Source: Sphingobacteriales bacterium (GTDB lineage Bacteria; Bacteroidota; Bacteroidia; Chitinophagales; JADJOU01). Taken from it: DNA of 64,000 bases. This document shows positions 37,358-47,830 of this stretch, piece by piece; the first letter of the stretch is position 1, and every line of letters begins with the position of its first letter. Below the pieces are notes generated by a model that did not search any database, was not told the DNA's origin, and saw only the letters and a program-made list of their open reading frames with translations. The DNA lies in contig JAJTHM010000010.1 in the NCBI GenBank assembly GCA_021297855.1, forward strand, positions 30,446-94,445, given 5' to 3'. A program made the position numbers and the translations under genes.

Positions 37358-38875
37358 GTGAAAATTCTTAGTGCCACTCAAATCAGAGAAGCCGATGCTT
37401 TTACTATAAAGCATGAACCAATTGCATCTATAGACCTCATGGAAAGAGCCGCAAACGCTTGTTTCAACTGGCTAATCAATACCTATGATAAAACCAAAAC
37501 CCTCCACTGTCTTTGTGGCCTAGGCAATAATGGGGGAGATGGATTAGCTATCGCCCGACTTTTAATTGAAAAAAACTATTCTATTCGAGTTTATATTTTT
37601 AGATATTCCGATAAATTCTCTGCAAATTTTAGAAAAAATGAGGCTCGATTAATTAAAAACAAAACAAAGCTTATTTATATAAATGAGAATAACTACCGCA
37701 GGGTCTTAAAATCAATTCCACCGGATGGAATTGTCATTGATGCAGTATTCGGTTCGGGCTTGAGCAGGCCAATAGATGGTTGGTTAGCCAAAGCTTTTCT
37801 GCTCATCAACACTGCTGAAAATGATATTGTTTCTATAGACCTTCCTTCTGGACTATTTTGCGAAAATAATGCATCTGAAAATCTGGCTACTGCTATTAAA
37901 GCGACCATTACTTTGTCATTTCAAACACCTAAATTATCTTTTCTGCTGCCTAGTTCTGGAGAGTATGTAGGAAAATTTTATTTGCTCCATATCGGCTTAC
38001 ATAACGATTACTTATCTGAAGTCAAATGCCCAAATTATTATGTCGAGTTTAAGGATATTAAATCGATATTAAAAAAAAGAACTAAATTTTCTCACAAGGG
38101 CAGCCATGGTCATGCTTTACTGATTGCTGGTAGTTATGGGAAAATGGGTGCCGCCATATTGAGCGCTAAGGCTTGTATGAGATCAGGAGTGGGACTTTTG
38201 ACATCCCAAATTCCACAATGTGGTTATGAAATAATTCAGACCGCAATACCAGAAGTCATGGTCGTAGTGGACAAATCTAAGCATTGCATTACAAACTTCA
38301 TTCCACAAGAAAAATATAGCGCATTAGGCATTGGGCCTGCGATAGGCAGAGAAAAACAGACTCAAAAGCTTTTAAAAAGATTGATAGAAAATAGTCATGT
38401 ACCTATAGTTTTAGATGCGGATGCTCTAAATATTCTAGCAGAAAATAAAAATTGGCTATCTAAACTTCCTGCCAACTCGATACTGACTCCTCATCCCAAA
38501 GAATTCGAGAGACTTTCTAAAAAAGCGGTGGATGACACTGAAAGATTGGAACTGCAGAGGGCGTTTGCCATACAATATAAAATTTACCTTATACTAAAAG
38601 GTGCTCATACGAGCATTGCTTGCCCGAATGGAGATATCTTTTTTAACTCTACTGGGAATCCAGGAATGGCCACTGGAGGCAGTGGAGATGTGCTTACAGG
38701 AATCGTCACGGGGCTCTTAGCTCAAGGATATTCAGCTCTTGATTCTTGCTTATTAGGAGTTTATATTCATGGTTTAGCAGGCGAATTGGCGTCCAAGAAA
38801 TATAGCCAAGAGGCAATGATTGCATCAGATATTACTGAAAGCCTAGGACAGGCCTTTGACTGTTTGAGACGCTAA
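37358..38875 (+). CDS. nnr: Bifunctional NAD(P)H-hydrate epimerase/dehydratase
   Basis: DLMERAA, GLGNNGGDG, SIDLPSG, HKGSHGH, VLDADAL, LTPHPKEF and GMATGGSGDVLTG motifs. Confidence 0.95.
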   Translation: MKILSATQIREADAFTIKHEPIASIDLMERAANACFNWLINTYDKTKTLHCLCGLGNNGGDGLAIARLLIEKNYSIRVYIFRYSDKFSANFRKNEARLIKNKTKLIYINENNYRRVLKSIPPDGIVIDAVFGSGLSRPIDGWLAKAFLLINTAENDIVSIDLPSGLFCENNASENLATAIKATITLSFQTPKLSFLLPSSGEYVGKFYLLHIGLHNDYLSEVKCPNYYVEFKDIKSILKKRTKFSHKGSHGHALLIAGSYGKMGAAILSAKACMRSGVGLLTSQIPQCGYEIIQTAIPEVMVVVDKSKHCITNFIPQEKYSALGIGPAIGREKQTQKLLKRLIENSHVPIVLDADALNILAENKNWLSKLPANSILTPHPKEFERLSKKAVDDTERLELQRAFAIQYKIYLILKGAHTSIACPNGDIFFNSTGNPGMATGGSGDVLTGIVTGLLAQGYSALDSCLLGVYIHGLAGELASKKYSQEAMIASDITESLGQAFDCLRR

Positions 38876-39577
38876 AATTTTTTGAATCACATAGCTGGCC
38901 ATAGTTAAGCCAAACATAGCTGGCATGTAGGATATGGTACCATAATATGATTTTTTAAAATGCGTACCATCAGTTAACTCCATTTTATCTTTATCGACCA
39001 CCTCATCGGAGTATACTACTTTTATTCCATAATTGTAATGTTCCCTTCGAAGCCTCTTTCTAATCTCTCTTGAGAAGAAACAATCTCTCGTTTCATTGAT
39101 ATCTACTATTTTGATTCGAGCAGGATCTGTTTTACCGCCGGCACCCATAGATGAAATAAACTTGAGTTTGCGCTGTTTACAAAGCATTATTATTTGTAAC
39201 TTAGGAGTAACCGAGTCTATACAATCCAGCACATAAGAATAGTTTTTATTCAACAATTCATTTATATCTTCTGGATTTAAAAACTGACTCACCTCATGAA
39301 TTACAAGTTCAGGATTCACATCCTTTAAGCGCTTGGACATCAAATCAGATTTGGATTGCCCAATAGTGCTATGAAGCGCTTGCAATTGTCTATTAATATT
39401 GGATTGAACTACATAGTCTCCATCTACTATTGTAATTTCTCCAACTCCTGCTCTAATCAGGGCTTCCGCTGCATAGCTTCCTACTCCACCCAACCCCACT
39501 ACTAAAATATGAGCTTGTTTTAACTTTTCTAATCCACTTCTACCTAGTAAAAGTTCACTTCTACTTAAAAATTCCAT
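38843..39577 (-). CDS. tcdA: tRNA threonylcarbamoyladenosine dehydratase (ThiF family)
   Basis: GLGGVGSYAAEALIRAGVG, SNINRQ, LDCIDSV, SSMGAGGKTDP and GTISYMPAMFG motifs. Confidence 0.9.
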   Translation of the reverse strand: MEFLSRSELLLGRSGLEKLKQAHILVVGLGGVGSYAAEALIRAGVGEITIVDGDYVVQSNINRQLQALHSTIGQSKSDLMSKRLKDVNPELVIHEVSQFLNPEDINELLNKNYSYVLDCIDSVTPKLQIIMLCKQRKLKFISSMGAGGKTDPARIKIVDINETRDCFFSREIRKRLRREHYNYGIKVVYSDEVVDKDKMELTDGTHFKKSYYGTISYMPAMFGLTMASYVIQKILASQTVKGLS

Positions 39578-39707
39578 TTATAACAATAATCGTTAACAAA
39601 AATAGTGGAATTAGTTAATTCTCTAAAGAGATAGTGAGGTTAGCTAATTATATTTAAAATTACAACTACTTTGCTTATTTTATGTTAGACAGATAAAAAC
39701 TTTCTCT

Positions 39708-39715
39708 TAAATTTG
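39708..39715 (+). promoter_or_regulatory. -7 box TAAATTTG (a divergent box TATTTTTG lies on the minus strand at 39597-39604)
   Basis: Consensus matches in the divergent intergenic region. Confidence 0.45.
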
Positions 39716-39829
39716 CTATGACTATCATAAAAAAGGAATTTAAAATACTCCATAATTTTGTTTTGAGTCAAATGCTGAAAAATTACTGCAACTAAAAATG
39801 TCCATTTTAATACAATAATTCAGAATAGT

Positions 39830-40492
39830 ATGAAATTAATCTTCGCCTGCTTTCTCATTTTATCATCCATTTCGCTCTTGGCGCAAGACGAATATGATAA
39901 AAAAGAAAAAAATGATCAAAGAGAGCCTTTATATAAAAAGTCTGACTCCATAGATGTATCTGACAAAAAAAAAGAAGAACCACAAGGCGACGATAATAGC
40001 AAAGCCTATAGTGGTATGTCTGACTTTAAGCGAAATCTGCGCATCGGTGGAGCCTTTAACCTAGGTTCGTATTACTACCAATCGGGATTTTACGACGGAC
40101 AGCTATTTTTTATCATGTTAAGCCCTCAGCTGACCTACGTCATGTCAGAATACTTCGAAGGGGGATTGACTACATCTTATTCTTATACGGGTTCTTTTGG
40201 GGTTATCAATTCCCACTCAATTAGTGCTGGCCCCATTTTAAGAGCCTACCCTATTCCTGAAGTTTTTCTTCAAGTAGAAGGTGTAGGTTTTTACAATACT
40301 ACCAGTGTTTCTGGTTTTCCATCCTACAACAAAGTTAACTTCAACGCCTTTGCTGGCGGAGGTATAGTTTCTCGATTTTCCCAAACCGCCTACCTGATTA
40401 CAGGAATAAAAGTCAATCTGATGAAAAATGAATTAACCTATAATCAGATTATTCCAACGGCATTTACCTCAATCCATTTCGGACTTTGGTAG
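39830..40492 (+). CDS. Hypothetical outer-membrane beta-barrel protein
   Basis: Signal peptide ending LLAQ, charged linker, alternating beta-strands, aromatic C-terminus (HFGLW). Confidence 0.65.
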   Translation: MKLIFACFLILSSISLLAQDEYDKKEKNDQREPLYKKSDSIDVSDKKKEEPQGDDNSKAYSGMSDFKRNLRIGGAFNLGSYYYQSGFYDGQLFFIMLSPQLTYVMSEYFEGGLTTSYSYTGSFGVINSHSISAGPILRAYPIPEVFLQVEGVGFYNTTSVSGFPSYNKVNFNAFAGGGIVSRFSQTAYLITGIKVNLMKNELTYNQIIPTAFTSIHFGLW

Positions 40493-40532
40493 AATCAACT
40501 ATAACCATCTATCCAGCATTAATCCCCATAAA

Positions 40533-40910
40533 ATGAAAAGCACCATAGAAAAAAATGAACGATATACTATTTTCAGTATAAAAGAAAAAAATCTAACCAG
40601 CCACAATAGCTCCGATTTAAAATCAGAAATCGCCATTCTAGTTGCAGAAGGTTACAATTCCATTCTACTCAATTTGTCTGAGCTCGAATTCATGGATTCC
40701 AGTGGCCTTGGAGCACTTTTAAATGCTGACCGGACTACCAAAGAAAATAATGGTTTTCTCGTCATCTATGGTCTAAACGAAAATAACGGCAATTTGATAC
40801 GCATAGCAAAATTAGATAAGGTTCTAATCATAGCGCCTACGCAAAAAGAAGCCATTGATTTACTTATCCTTGAGGAGCTAGAAAGGGATTTATCTGCTGA
40901 AGACATCTAG
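40533..40910 (+). CDS. STAS-domain anti-sigma factor antagonist
   Basis: LLNLSELEFMDSSGLGALL, containing the phosphorylatable Ser motif. Confidence 0.9.
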   Translation: MKSTIEKNERYTIFSIKEKNLTSHNSSDLKSEIAILVAEGYNSILLNLSELEFMDSSGLGALLNADRTTKENNGFLVIYGLNENNGNLIRIAKLDKVLIIAPTQKEAIDLLILEELERDLSAEDI

Positions 40911-41810
40911 GTGAAATTAACGATTCTCGGCAGCAGCAGCGCTACGCCCTATTTAGATAGACATCCTTCCAGCCAGTTGCTCACTGTCAATGACCACATC
41001 TATCTCATAGACTGTGGGGAAGGCACCCTCTTTCGCCTTAACGGTTTTGGAGTCAAAAAAAATAAAATTAAAGCTATATTTATTTCACACCTGCATGGTG
41101 ATCATTATTATGGCCTCATTGGACTTCTAACCACAATGAGTATGCACGAAAAGACGGATGAACTCACCATCATTTGTCCTCCAGGGTTAAAGGATATAAT
41201 TGATTTGCAATGCAAAATTTCCAAAACTATTATCCGATTTCCTATTCGATTCATAGAAACTAGTATGGTGCATCAAACTATTTTTTTAGATGCCAATATT
41301 CATGTCAAAACGATTCCTCTAATTCACAAAATAGACACTTGCGGTTTCATTTTTCATAAACTATTTCCAAAAAGAAAAATAAGGAAAGATAAGATTGAGG
41401 AGCATGGGCTTTCCCCATTAGAAATTGCGGATTTGGTGAAGAACAATACTATTGTGAAGGACAATCAGATCATTTCACTAGATACTATTTCAGAGGAAAA
41501 TACATCCAAAAAATCATTCGCCTACTGCACCGATACCAGATTTGATGACTCCTACATTAATTACTTATATGAAGTTGATTTACTTTATCATGAATCCACT
41601 TTCTTGCAAAAGGACTTGACCCGAGCTATAGAGACGAAGCATTCCACCGCCGCTGAGGCCGCTCACGTAGCCTTGAAAGCAAATGCAAAAAAACTACTCA
41701 TTGGTCACTTTTCTGCTCGGTATTTGGACCTTCAGCCGCTACTATCCGAGGCCTCAGCGATTTTTTCTAATACCGACCTAGCCATAGAGGGTCTCACTTT
41801 TGAGTTTTAA
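40911..41810 (+). CDS. rnz: Ribonuclease Z
   Basis: ILGSSSATP, LIDCGEG, ISHLHGDH, YCTDT, HESTF, HST and GHFSARY motifs. Confidence 0.95.
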   Translation: MKLTILGSSSATPYLDRHPSSQLLTVNDHIYLIDCGEGTLFRLNGFGVKKNKIKAIFISHLHGDHYYGLIGLLTTMSMHEKTDELTIICPPGLKDIIDLQCKISKTIIRFPIRFIETSMVHQTIFLDANIHVKTIPLIHKIDTCGFIFHKLFPKRKIRKDKIEEHGLSPLEIADLVKNNTIVKDNQIISLDTISEENTSKKSFAYCTDTRFDDSYINYLYEVDLLYHESTFLQKDLTRAIETKHSTAAEAAHVALKANAKKLLIGHFSARYLDLQPLLSEASAIFSNTDLAIEGLTFEF

Positions 41811-41865
41811 ATGGCATCCGAAGTACTGATATCTATTTTATTTCAGTTAAAATATAAAAAAACAT

Positions 41866-41873
41866 TACCTTTG
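41866..41873 (+). promoter_or_regulatory. -7 box TACCTTTG
   Basis: Consensus match 37 nt before ATG 41911. Confidence 0.55.
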
Positions 41874-41910
41874 GGTTTTTAAAAATAACCCTTCCAAGTT
41901 ATATCAACAT

Positions 41911-44319
41911 ATGAGATATAGATTATTGATTTTGCTCGGAATTATTCCATTCCTCGCAATTGGACAAAACCCTCTAAAGAAAGAGTTAAAGGGTAATGGA
42001 ACATCCATGCATTATAGCCCTTCACAGTTTAGCTTTACCAATCAAAATGGCGTTACCGTATATATAGCAGAACTAAAAGATAGAAGATCTCTCAATTGGA
42101 ATAAACAGGTGAACGACTCTGTGAAGATTGAAGCGATTGGAGACTATTGGAACTACCCGATGAATGTTCTCTTCAAAAACAAACTAAACCAAGACCTAGC
42201 AAAAGCAAATATTAACGTAGATTACTCTGCCCAAGGCGATAATATTTATAAAGTTGAGCCGACCCTCGATGTACTTTATCCAAATTTTGTTTCTTTTCCA
42301 GAAAAGGGTTATTGGATGCTTTCTAAGATAAATATACAAGTGAGTAAAGGCTCTCAAGTACTTTTTACGAAATCTTATCAGGAATATACCTTCTTTAATA
42401 AGAATATTAATGGGTATAATGAATCCTACAATACAAACCTCAAGGAAGGCTCTAACGTAGCCATGTGGTCAAGTATCAAAAGACTTTTAGACCAATTCTA
42501 TACCGACTTAAACAATGCTTTCGGAGGCCAGGCCATAAAGAGTTCTGATATAGCTGTAACGAGCATTGGAGCCTCCAATATTGCTAATGACCAAAGTTTA
42601 AATAATCAAGTAACAAACTACTCGGGAAATAAAACCACGAAAGATGCAGTCAGCACTAATAATTATAGACTAGATGGAGACGTTCCGCCTCCACCCCCTC
42701 CTAGCGATGGCAAATTGAACAATGCGGTGAATGTTTTAGGTTCGGAATCTAAAATCAATACCCCTGTAAAAACTCCGACCCCAATGCCAGTGATTGATTC
42801 TGCTAAATTGGCTGAGAGAAGATTGAGAGAAGATTTGCGCAAAAAAGCCGTTGATAGCGCTAAAAAAGCCAGAGAGGAATTGGCATTAACATCCAAAAAA
42901 ATCGAGCAGGAAGAGAAGGATAAACTCCAGTTCAAGCGCGATTCCATTTTGAAAGTGAAAAAAGAAACAATAGCCCTTAAGATTCGAGAAAAATTTATTT
43001 CTGATTCAATAAAAAAGACAGAGGTCAATAAAAAAATAGAAGAAGCCAAAAGAAAAAGGGAAGAGGAAAAAGCAAAAATGAATCCAACGCCATCAGACAT
43101 AAGTTCTTCAGAAAAGTTAAATGCTTCCAAACCAAAAAACGCTGAACCCGCAGTAGAGAAAAAAAGGCCTCAAACTATTGCGAGAAAATCATATAAGAGA
43201 GCTGAAAATGAAACAGTCAGTGAGGCTGTTAGGAGAATTGCAAGAGAAATTGAAGAAGAAGAAGGATACCAAAGAACAAAACAAACAAGGGATGTTGAAC
43301 CTACTGAAGAAAATAATACTGCCTCAAAACGTGCGGAGGATATAGCAAGAGTAAAGGCTGAGCGAGAAAAATCTGCTACAGAAATGAAAATGAAGAAAGC
43401 AGTGCGTGATTCATTATTAGCCAACGAAAAACAAAAAAAACAAGATTCCTTGTTAGCGATACGAAGAGCCAAAGCAGCTGAAATTGAAGCTTCAATGGCT
43501 AGAGTAAAGGCATCAAAAGATAGCTTTAATAGAATCCTAGCTGCCAAGAAGTATGCAGAAGATAGTGCACAACTAGTGCGAGAAAAAGAAAGACGAAGAG
43601 AAGCAGTTCTAGCTGCCCAAAAATCTGCTATGGAAGCCGAGAGAGATGCATTGTTAAAAAATCCGAACTCTGGAGAAATGTTTGCTACGGTCTCTACGGA
43701 TCCTCCGAGTAAACTAGCAGATAACAGAACTCGTGAGCAAGTTTTAGCTGATAGAATTTTTACACCAAAATCAGAAAATACCAAGAACCTTTTAGCTAGA
43801 GTTAAACTTATAACACCTGAAGAGGAAGCAAGGTTATTGGCTCAAATGAAAACCGAAGATAAAGCGGTAACAGATTCTTTTTTCATACAAATGCAGAAAA
43901 ATAGACCCATTCCTACCTACACTCCCATTGATTCCACAGCAAAGACCGTGACAAAAAAGGAAGAAGTCATAACAAAAACCCAAACAAAAGAAGATAAGAA
44001 GACGCAAATAATTGAAAAAGGGTTAAAGGGGGCTAAGGATTTGAAAAACACAAAAGAATCAATACCAACCGAGAAAAAGAAAGAAAAAGCGCAGGACACA
44101 TTAGCTAAATCTTCAAACACGCAACCTACCGCAAAAGAGAAAACCCCAATCTCTAAGTCTGCCCAAAAAGAAATCCCTGCAAAAACTGAACCAGCAAAAG
44201 TGAACAACCAAGTTATCGACTCTATGACCTCTGAACAAAAAGCAAAAGATTTGGAGGCGGAGATTGAAAAAAAGAAAAAAGAAATAAACGAAAGACTTAA
44301 AAAAGCCAAATCTTGGTAA
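41911..44319 (+). CDS. Exported hypothetical protein: N-terminal globular domain, poly-Pro linker, long Lys/Glu/Ala-rich coiled-coil region
   Basis: Signal peptide ending AIGQ; PPPPPP; helical charged stretches; no family recognised. Confidence 0.75.
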   Translation: MRYRLLILLGIIPFLAIGQNPLKKELKGNGTSMHYSPSQFSFTNQNGVTVYIAELKDRRSLNWNKQVNDSVKIEAIGDYWNYPMNVLFKNKLNQDLAKANINVDYSAQGDNIYKVEPTLDVLYPNFVSFPEKGYWMLSKINIQVSKGSQVLFTKSYQEYTFFNKNINGYNESYNTNLKEGSNVAMWSSIKRLLDQFYTDLNNAFGGQAIKSSDIAVTSIGASNIANDQSLNNQVTNYSGNKTTKDAVSTNNYRLDGDVPPPPPPSDGKLNNAVNVLGSESKINTPVKTPTPMPVIDSAKLAERRLREDLRKKAVDSAKKAREELALTSKKIEQEEKDKLQFKRDSILKVKKETIALKIREKFISDSIKKTEVNKKIEEAKRKREEEKAKMNPTPSDISSSEKLNASKPKNAEPAVEKKRPQTIARKSYKRAENETVSEAVRRIAREIEEEEGYQRTKQTRDVEPTEENNTASKRAEDIARVKAEREKSATEMKMKKAVRDSLLANEKQKKQDSLLAIRRAKAAEIEASMARVKASKDSFNRILAAKKYAEDSAQLVREKERRREAVLAAQKSAMEAERDALLKNPNSGEMFATVSTDPPSKLADNRTREQVLADRIFTPKSENTKNLLARVKLITPEEEARLLAQMKTEDKAVTDSFFIQMQKNRPIPTYTPIDSTAKTVTKKEEVITKTQTKEDKKTQIIEKGLKGAKDLKNTKESIPTEKKKEKAQDTLAKSSNTQPTAKEKTPISKSAQKEIPAKTEPAKVNNQVIDSMTSEQKAKDLEAEIEKKKKEINERLKKAKSW

Positions 44320-44388
44320 GATAGAAGGCTAACAGAGGTCTAGTCGCCATTATCAAAAAGTTTATAATACAATCTACAGTAAATACAG

Positions 44389-44396
44389 TAGTTTTG
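44389..44396 (+). promoter_or_regulatory. -7 box TAGTTTTG
   Basis: Consensus match 19 nt before the guaB ATG. Confidence 0.55.
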
Positions 44397-44415
44397 CGCG
44401 GAAAGAAGCAACATT

Positions 44416-45885
44416 ATGCACTTTCATTCCGATAAAATCAAAACACTAGGACTAACATTTGACGACGTCCTTCTCATTCCAGCAGCCTCCGCTGTACTTC
44501 CTAGAGAAACGAACCTAAGTTCGCGCATAAGCAGAAATATCTCCCTCAATATTCCTCTTGTAACAGCCGCTATGGATACAGTGACAGAGTCAGCTATGGC
44601 CATTGCGATTGCCAGAGAAGGTGGAATCGGAATTCTTCATAAAAACCTGAGCATTGACAAACAGTCCGAAGAGGTTCGAAAAGTAAAACGTGCTGATAGC
44701 GGCATGATTGTAGATCCCATAACCTTAACCATAGATAAAACAGTTGGTGATGCCCTTAAAATCATGGAAGAACACAAAATTGGGGGTATTCCTGTTGTTG
44801 ATAATAACAACAAATTGCAAGGTATCATAACGAATAGAGATTTGCGCTTTGAAAAAAACAAAGCCCTTTGTATATCAGAAATAATGACCAAGGAAAACCT
44901 GATAACGGCCAAACTTGGAACAGACCTAGTGCAAGCAGAAGAAATTTTAAAAAATTACAAGATTGAAAAATTGCTCGTCTGCGATGATAATAATATTTTA
45001 AGAGGTTTAATAACCTATAAAGACATTCTCAAAGTAAAGAATAATCCCAATTCCAACAAAGATAGTATCGGTCGCTTGCTCGTTGGCGCTGCCCTCGGCA
45101 TCAATGCCACAATGTTTGAACGACTAGAAGCGCTCCTCTCAGTTGGTGCCGACCTCATATGTTTAGATACTGCACATGGACATTCAGCAGGAGTCCTAGA
45201 AAATATTAGAAAAATAAAAAAAGACTTTAAAAATATAGAACTCATCGCTGGAAACATTGCAACAAAAGCAGGGGCACAGGCCCTTATAGATGCTGGCGTC
45301 GATGGCGTGAAGGTGGGTGTAGGTCCTGGGTCCATATGTACCACCAGAGTGGTAGCTGGCGTAGGTGTACCACAGCTTTCTGCCATTCTCATGGCTGCCG
45401 AAGCATGCATACCTGCAGGGATTCCATTGATAGCAGACGGAGGAATACGCTATACTGGTGATTTGGCTAAGGCAATAGCTGCTGGTGCTGATTGTATAAT
45501 GGCGGGCTCTGTTTTTGCTGGCACAGAAGAGTCTCCAGGTGATACCATTCTATATGAGGGTAGAAAATTCAAATCTTACAGAGGCATGGGGTCTTTAGAT
45601 GCTATGGCAGAAGGATCAAAAGACCGATATTTCCAGGATGTAGAAGATGATATTAAAAAACTAGTCCCAGAAGGAATCGTAGGCAGAGTGCCCTTTAAAG
45701 GGAATATTAGAGAAGTGGTTTATCAATACGTAGGCGGCCTAAGAGCCTCTATGGGTTATTGTGGAGCGAAAAACCTCTCCGATTTAAAAAAGGCAGAATT
45801 CATTCAGATTACTGCTTCAGGAATTAAAGAAAGTCATCCGCACGATGTAAGTATCACGAAAGAAAGTCCGAATTATAGCAGATAA
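44416..45885 (+). CDS. guaB: IMP dehydrogenase
   Basis: [19 protein letters not shown] pair, [11 protein letters not shown] and YRGMGS motifs. Confidence 0.98.
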   Translation: MHFHSDKIKTLGLTFDDVLLIPAASAVLPRETNLSSRISRNISLNIPLVTAAMDTVTESAMAIAIAREGGIGILHKNLSIDKQSEEVRKVKRADSGMIVDPITLTIDKTVGDALKIMEEHKIGGIPVVDNNNKLQGIITNRDLRFEKNKALCISEIMTKENLITAKLGTDLVQAEEILKNYKIEKLLVCDDNNILRGLITYKDILKVKNNPNSNKDSIGRLLVGAALGINATMFERLEALLSVGADLICLDTAHGHSAGVLENIRKIKKDFKNIELIAGNIATKAGAQALIDAGVDGVKVGVGPGSICTTRVVAGVGVPQLSAILMAAEACIPAGIPLIADGGIRYTGDLAKAIAAGADCIMAGSVFAGTEESPGDTILYEGRKFKSYRGMGSLDAMAEGSKDRYFQDVEDDIKKLVPEGIVGRVPFKGNIREVVYQYVGGLRASMGYCGAKNLSDLKKAEFIQITASGIKESHPHDVSITKESPNYSR

Positions 45886-45910
45886 CAATCGCTATTAGTC
45901 TCTCTTTACT

Positions 45911-45918
45911 TATTTTTG
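45911..45918 (+). promoter_or_regulatory. -7 box TATTTTTG
   Basis: Consensus match; implies the yidC start is ATG 45940 rather than TTG 45916. Confidence 0.5.
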
Positions 45919-45939
45919 CCCCCTCATATTAAAACATCT

Positions 45940-47736
45940 ATGTTTAAAAATTTCGATAAGAATACGATTCTTGGTGCGTTACTCATAATGACCATGGTTG
46001 TGGTTTACTTTAAATACTCTACCAGTGAAGCAGAGAAAAGAATTAAAGATGAAAAATTAAAGGCAGTACTTAAAGCAAAAGATAGTCCCAAGAATACTGA
46101 AAGTATTGCCAATTCTACTGTAAAGGCAATCGGTGTGACCGATACAAATTCTTCTGCGGCCATAGTTCCTATAGTAGGAGAAGATATTACTTTATTCAAC
46201 GAATTGATAAGTCTAAAAGTAAATACAGCGGGTGGTAAAATACATTCCGCAAGTCTAGCCAAGCATACTACTTATGAAGAAAAACCGGTCGAATTGCTTT
46301 CAAATAAAAATACGGAATTTGAACTTGCTATAACTTCAGCCATTGGGACTGTCAATACAAACACCACTGGATTTCAGATTGTGTCCAAAGACAAACAAAA
46401 AATAGAACTTCAATCTTCTCAAGGTTTAAGAGTCATTTATGAACTAAAACCCAATTCTTATAAATTATCTCAAAAATGGATACTCTCTGGTGGAAAGGAG
46501 AATAAGGCATCCCTGCTTATTAAAACACAAATGAACAAACAAGAGGTCAATCTAGACCGTGAACGTTCGTTATCCACTATTAAATATTTGCCTGAAAACG
46601 AAGATGTTTTACAGAGCCTTAGTATGACGAGCAATGAGACGAAAGATGTTCCTACCCCAATTCAATGGGTGAGTTTTGGCCAACAGTTTTTCCATACAAC
46701 TATCATTCCTTCTGTGCCATTTGAAAATACCATTCTCGACGCCAAATATCAAGAGGCAGATAAGAATTATGTTAAAAATTACACCTTGAAAACAAAGCTC
46801 GCTGATATTGGCGATACGCTCTCATTTGATTATTTTATAGGTCCTATTGACTACAAACTTCTTAAGAAAGAAGATAAGGATTTAGATCTTCTAGTTCCTT
46901 TAAGTCAAGATATTTTGATATTTAGATGGATGAAAATATTCAATATTTACCTTATCATCCCCATTTTCAATTTTCTATCTCAGTTCGTCTCTAATTATGG
47001 CGTTATCATTATCCTTTTGACACTTTTTATCAAGTTAATTACTGCCCCTCTCTCCTACAAGACCTATGAATCTGGGGTAGCTATGCGAATATTAAAGCCC
47101 GAATTAGATAAACTTAAAGCCAAGTTTGGTGATGATCAGGCTAAGTTATCCCAAGAGCAAATGAAACTCTACGGAGAGTTTGGCGTCAGTCCATTTGGTG
47201 GATGCTTGCCCATGCTTCTTCAAATGCCCATCCTCTTCGCCATGTTTTCTTTCTTCCCCTCTTCTATCGAGTTGAGACATGAATCTTTTTTATGGGCCTC
47301 TGATCTTAGCACCTACGATTCGATTTTAAAACTTCCATTTAATATCCCTTTTTATGGGGCGCATATTAGTCTTTTTGCTATGCTAAGTGCACTGACCCAG
47401 ATAGGTATGAGCTGGTATTCACAAAGACTTCAGCCAAGTAGTCCCCAAGCAGATCAGATGAAAATGCTCATGTATGTCATGCCTGTCATGTTTTTATTTA
47501 TGTTTAATTCCTTCCCAGCTGCATTGACCTTTTATTATTTCTTGCAAAATATCCTAGGTATGCTACAGCAATGGTTCTTTACTACTTTTATTATCAAAGA
47601 AGATAAAATAAGAGCCAAAATGGAATTAGCTAAGAAAACCCCTAAGAAACAAAGTGCTTTCCAGAAAAAAATGGCTGATATGATGGAAGAAGCTGAAAAA
47701 CAAAAGAAATTGCAACAAAATCTTAAGAAAAAATAA
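45940..47736 (+). CDS. yidC: Membrane protein insertase YidC
   Basis: N-terminal TM helix, periplasmic domain, NYGVIIILLT, GGCLPMLLQMP, ELRHESFLWASDLS and LTFYY motifs. Confidence 0.95.
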   Translation: MFKNFDKNTILGALLIMTMVVVYFKYSTSEAEKRIKDEKLKAVLKAKDSPKNTESIANSTVKAIGVTDTNSSAAIVPIVGEDITLFNELISLKVNTAGGKIHSASLAKHTTYEEKPVELLSNKNTEFELAITSAIGTVNTNTTGFQIVSKDKQKIELQSSQGLRVIYELKPNSYKLSQKWILSGGKENKASLLIKTQMNKQEVNLDRERSLSTIKYLPENEDVLQSLSMTSNETKDVPTPIQWVSFGQQFFHTTIIPSVPFENTILDAKYQEADKNYVKNYTLKTKLADIGDTLSFDYFIGPIDYKLLKKEDKDLDLLVPLSQDILIFRWMKIFNIYLIIPIFNFLSQFVSNYGVIIILLTLFIKLITAPLSYKTYESGVAMRILKPELDKLKAKFGDDQAKLSQEQMKLYGEFGVSPFGGCLPMLLQMPILFAMFSFFPSSIELRHESFLWASDLSTYDSILKLPFNIPFYGAHISLFAMLSALTQIGMSWYSQRLQPSSPQADQMKMLMYVMPVMFLFMFNSFPAALTFYYFLQNILGMLQQWFFTTFIIKEDKIRAKMELAKKTPKKQSAFQKKMADMMEEAEKQKKLQQNLKKK

Positions 47737-47830
47737 AAAAAACTATAGGAAAAAAGCAGGAATTATCCTATTTTTGGAATCTAGTATATCTTTAGAAAAA
47801 ACAATTTTACCTTTATAATTTAAAATCCAC

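Noticed and set aside
42663-44309. Three minus-strand ORFs (155, 204 and 130 aa)
   Set aside because: Ser/Phe/Leu-rich shadows of the Lys/Glu-rich plus-strand gene; no independent motifs.
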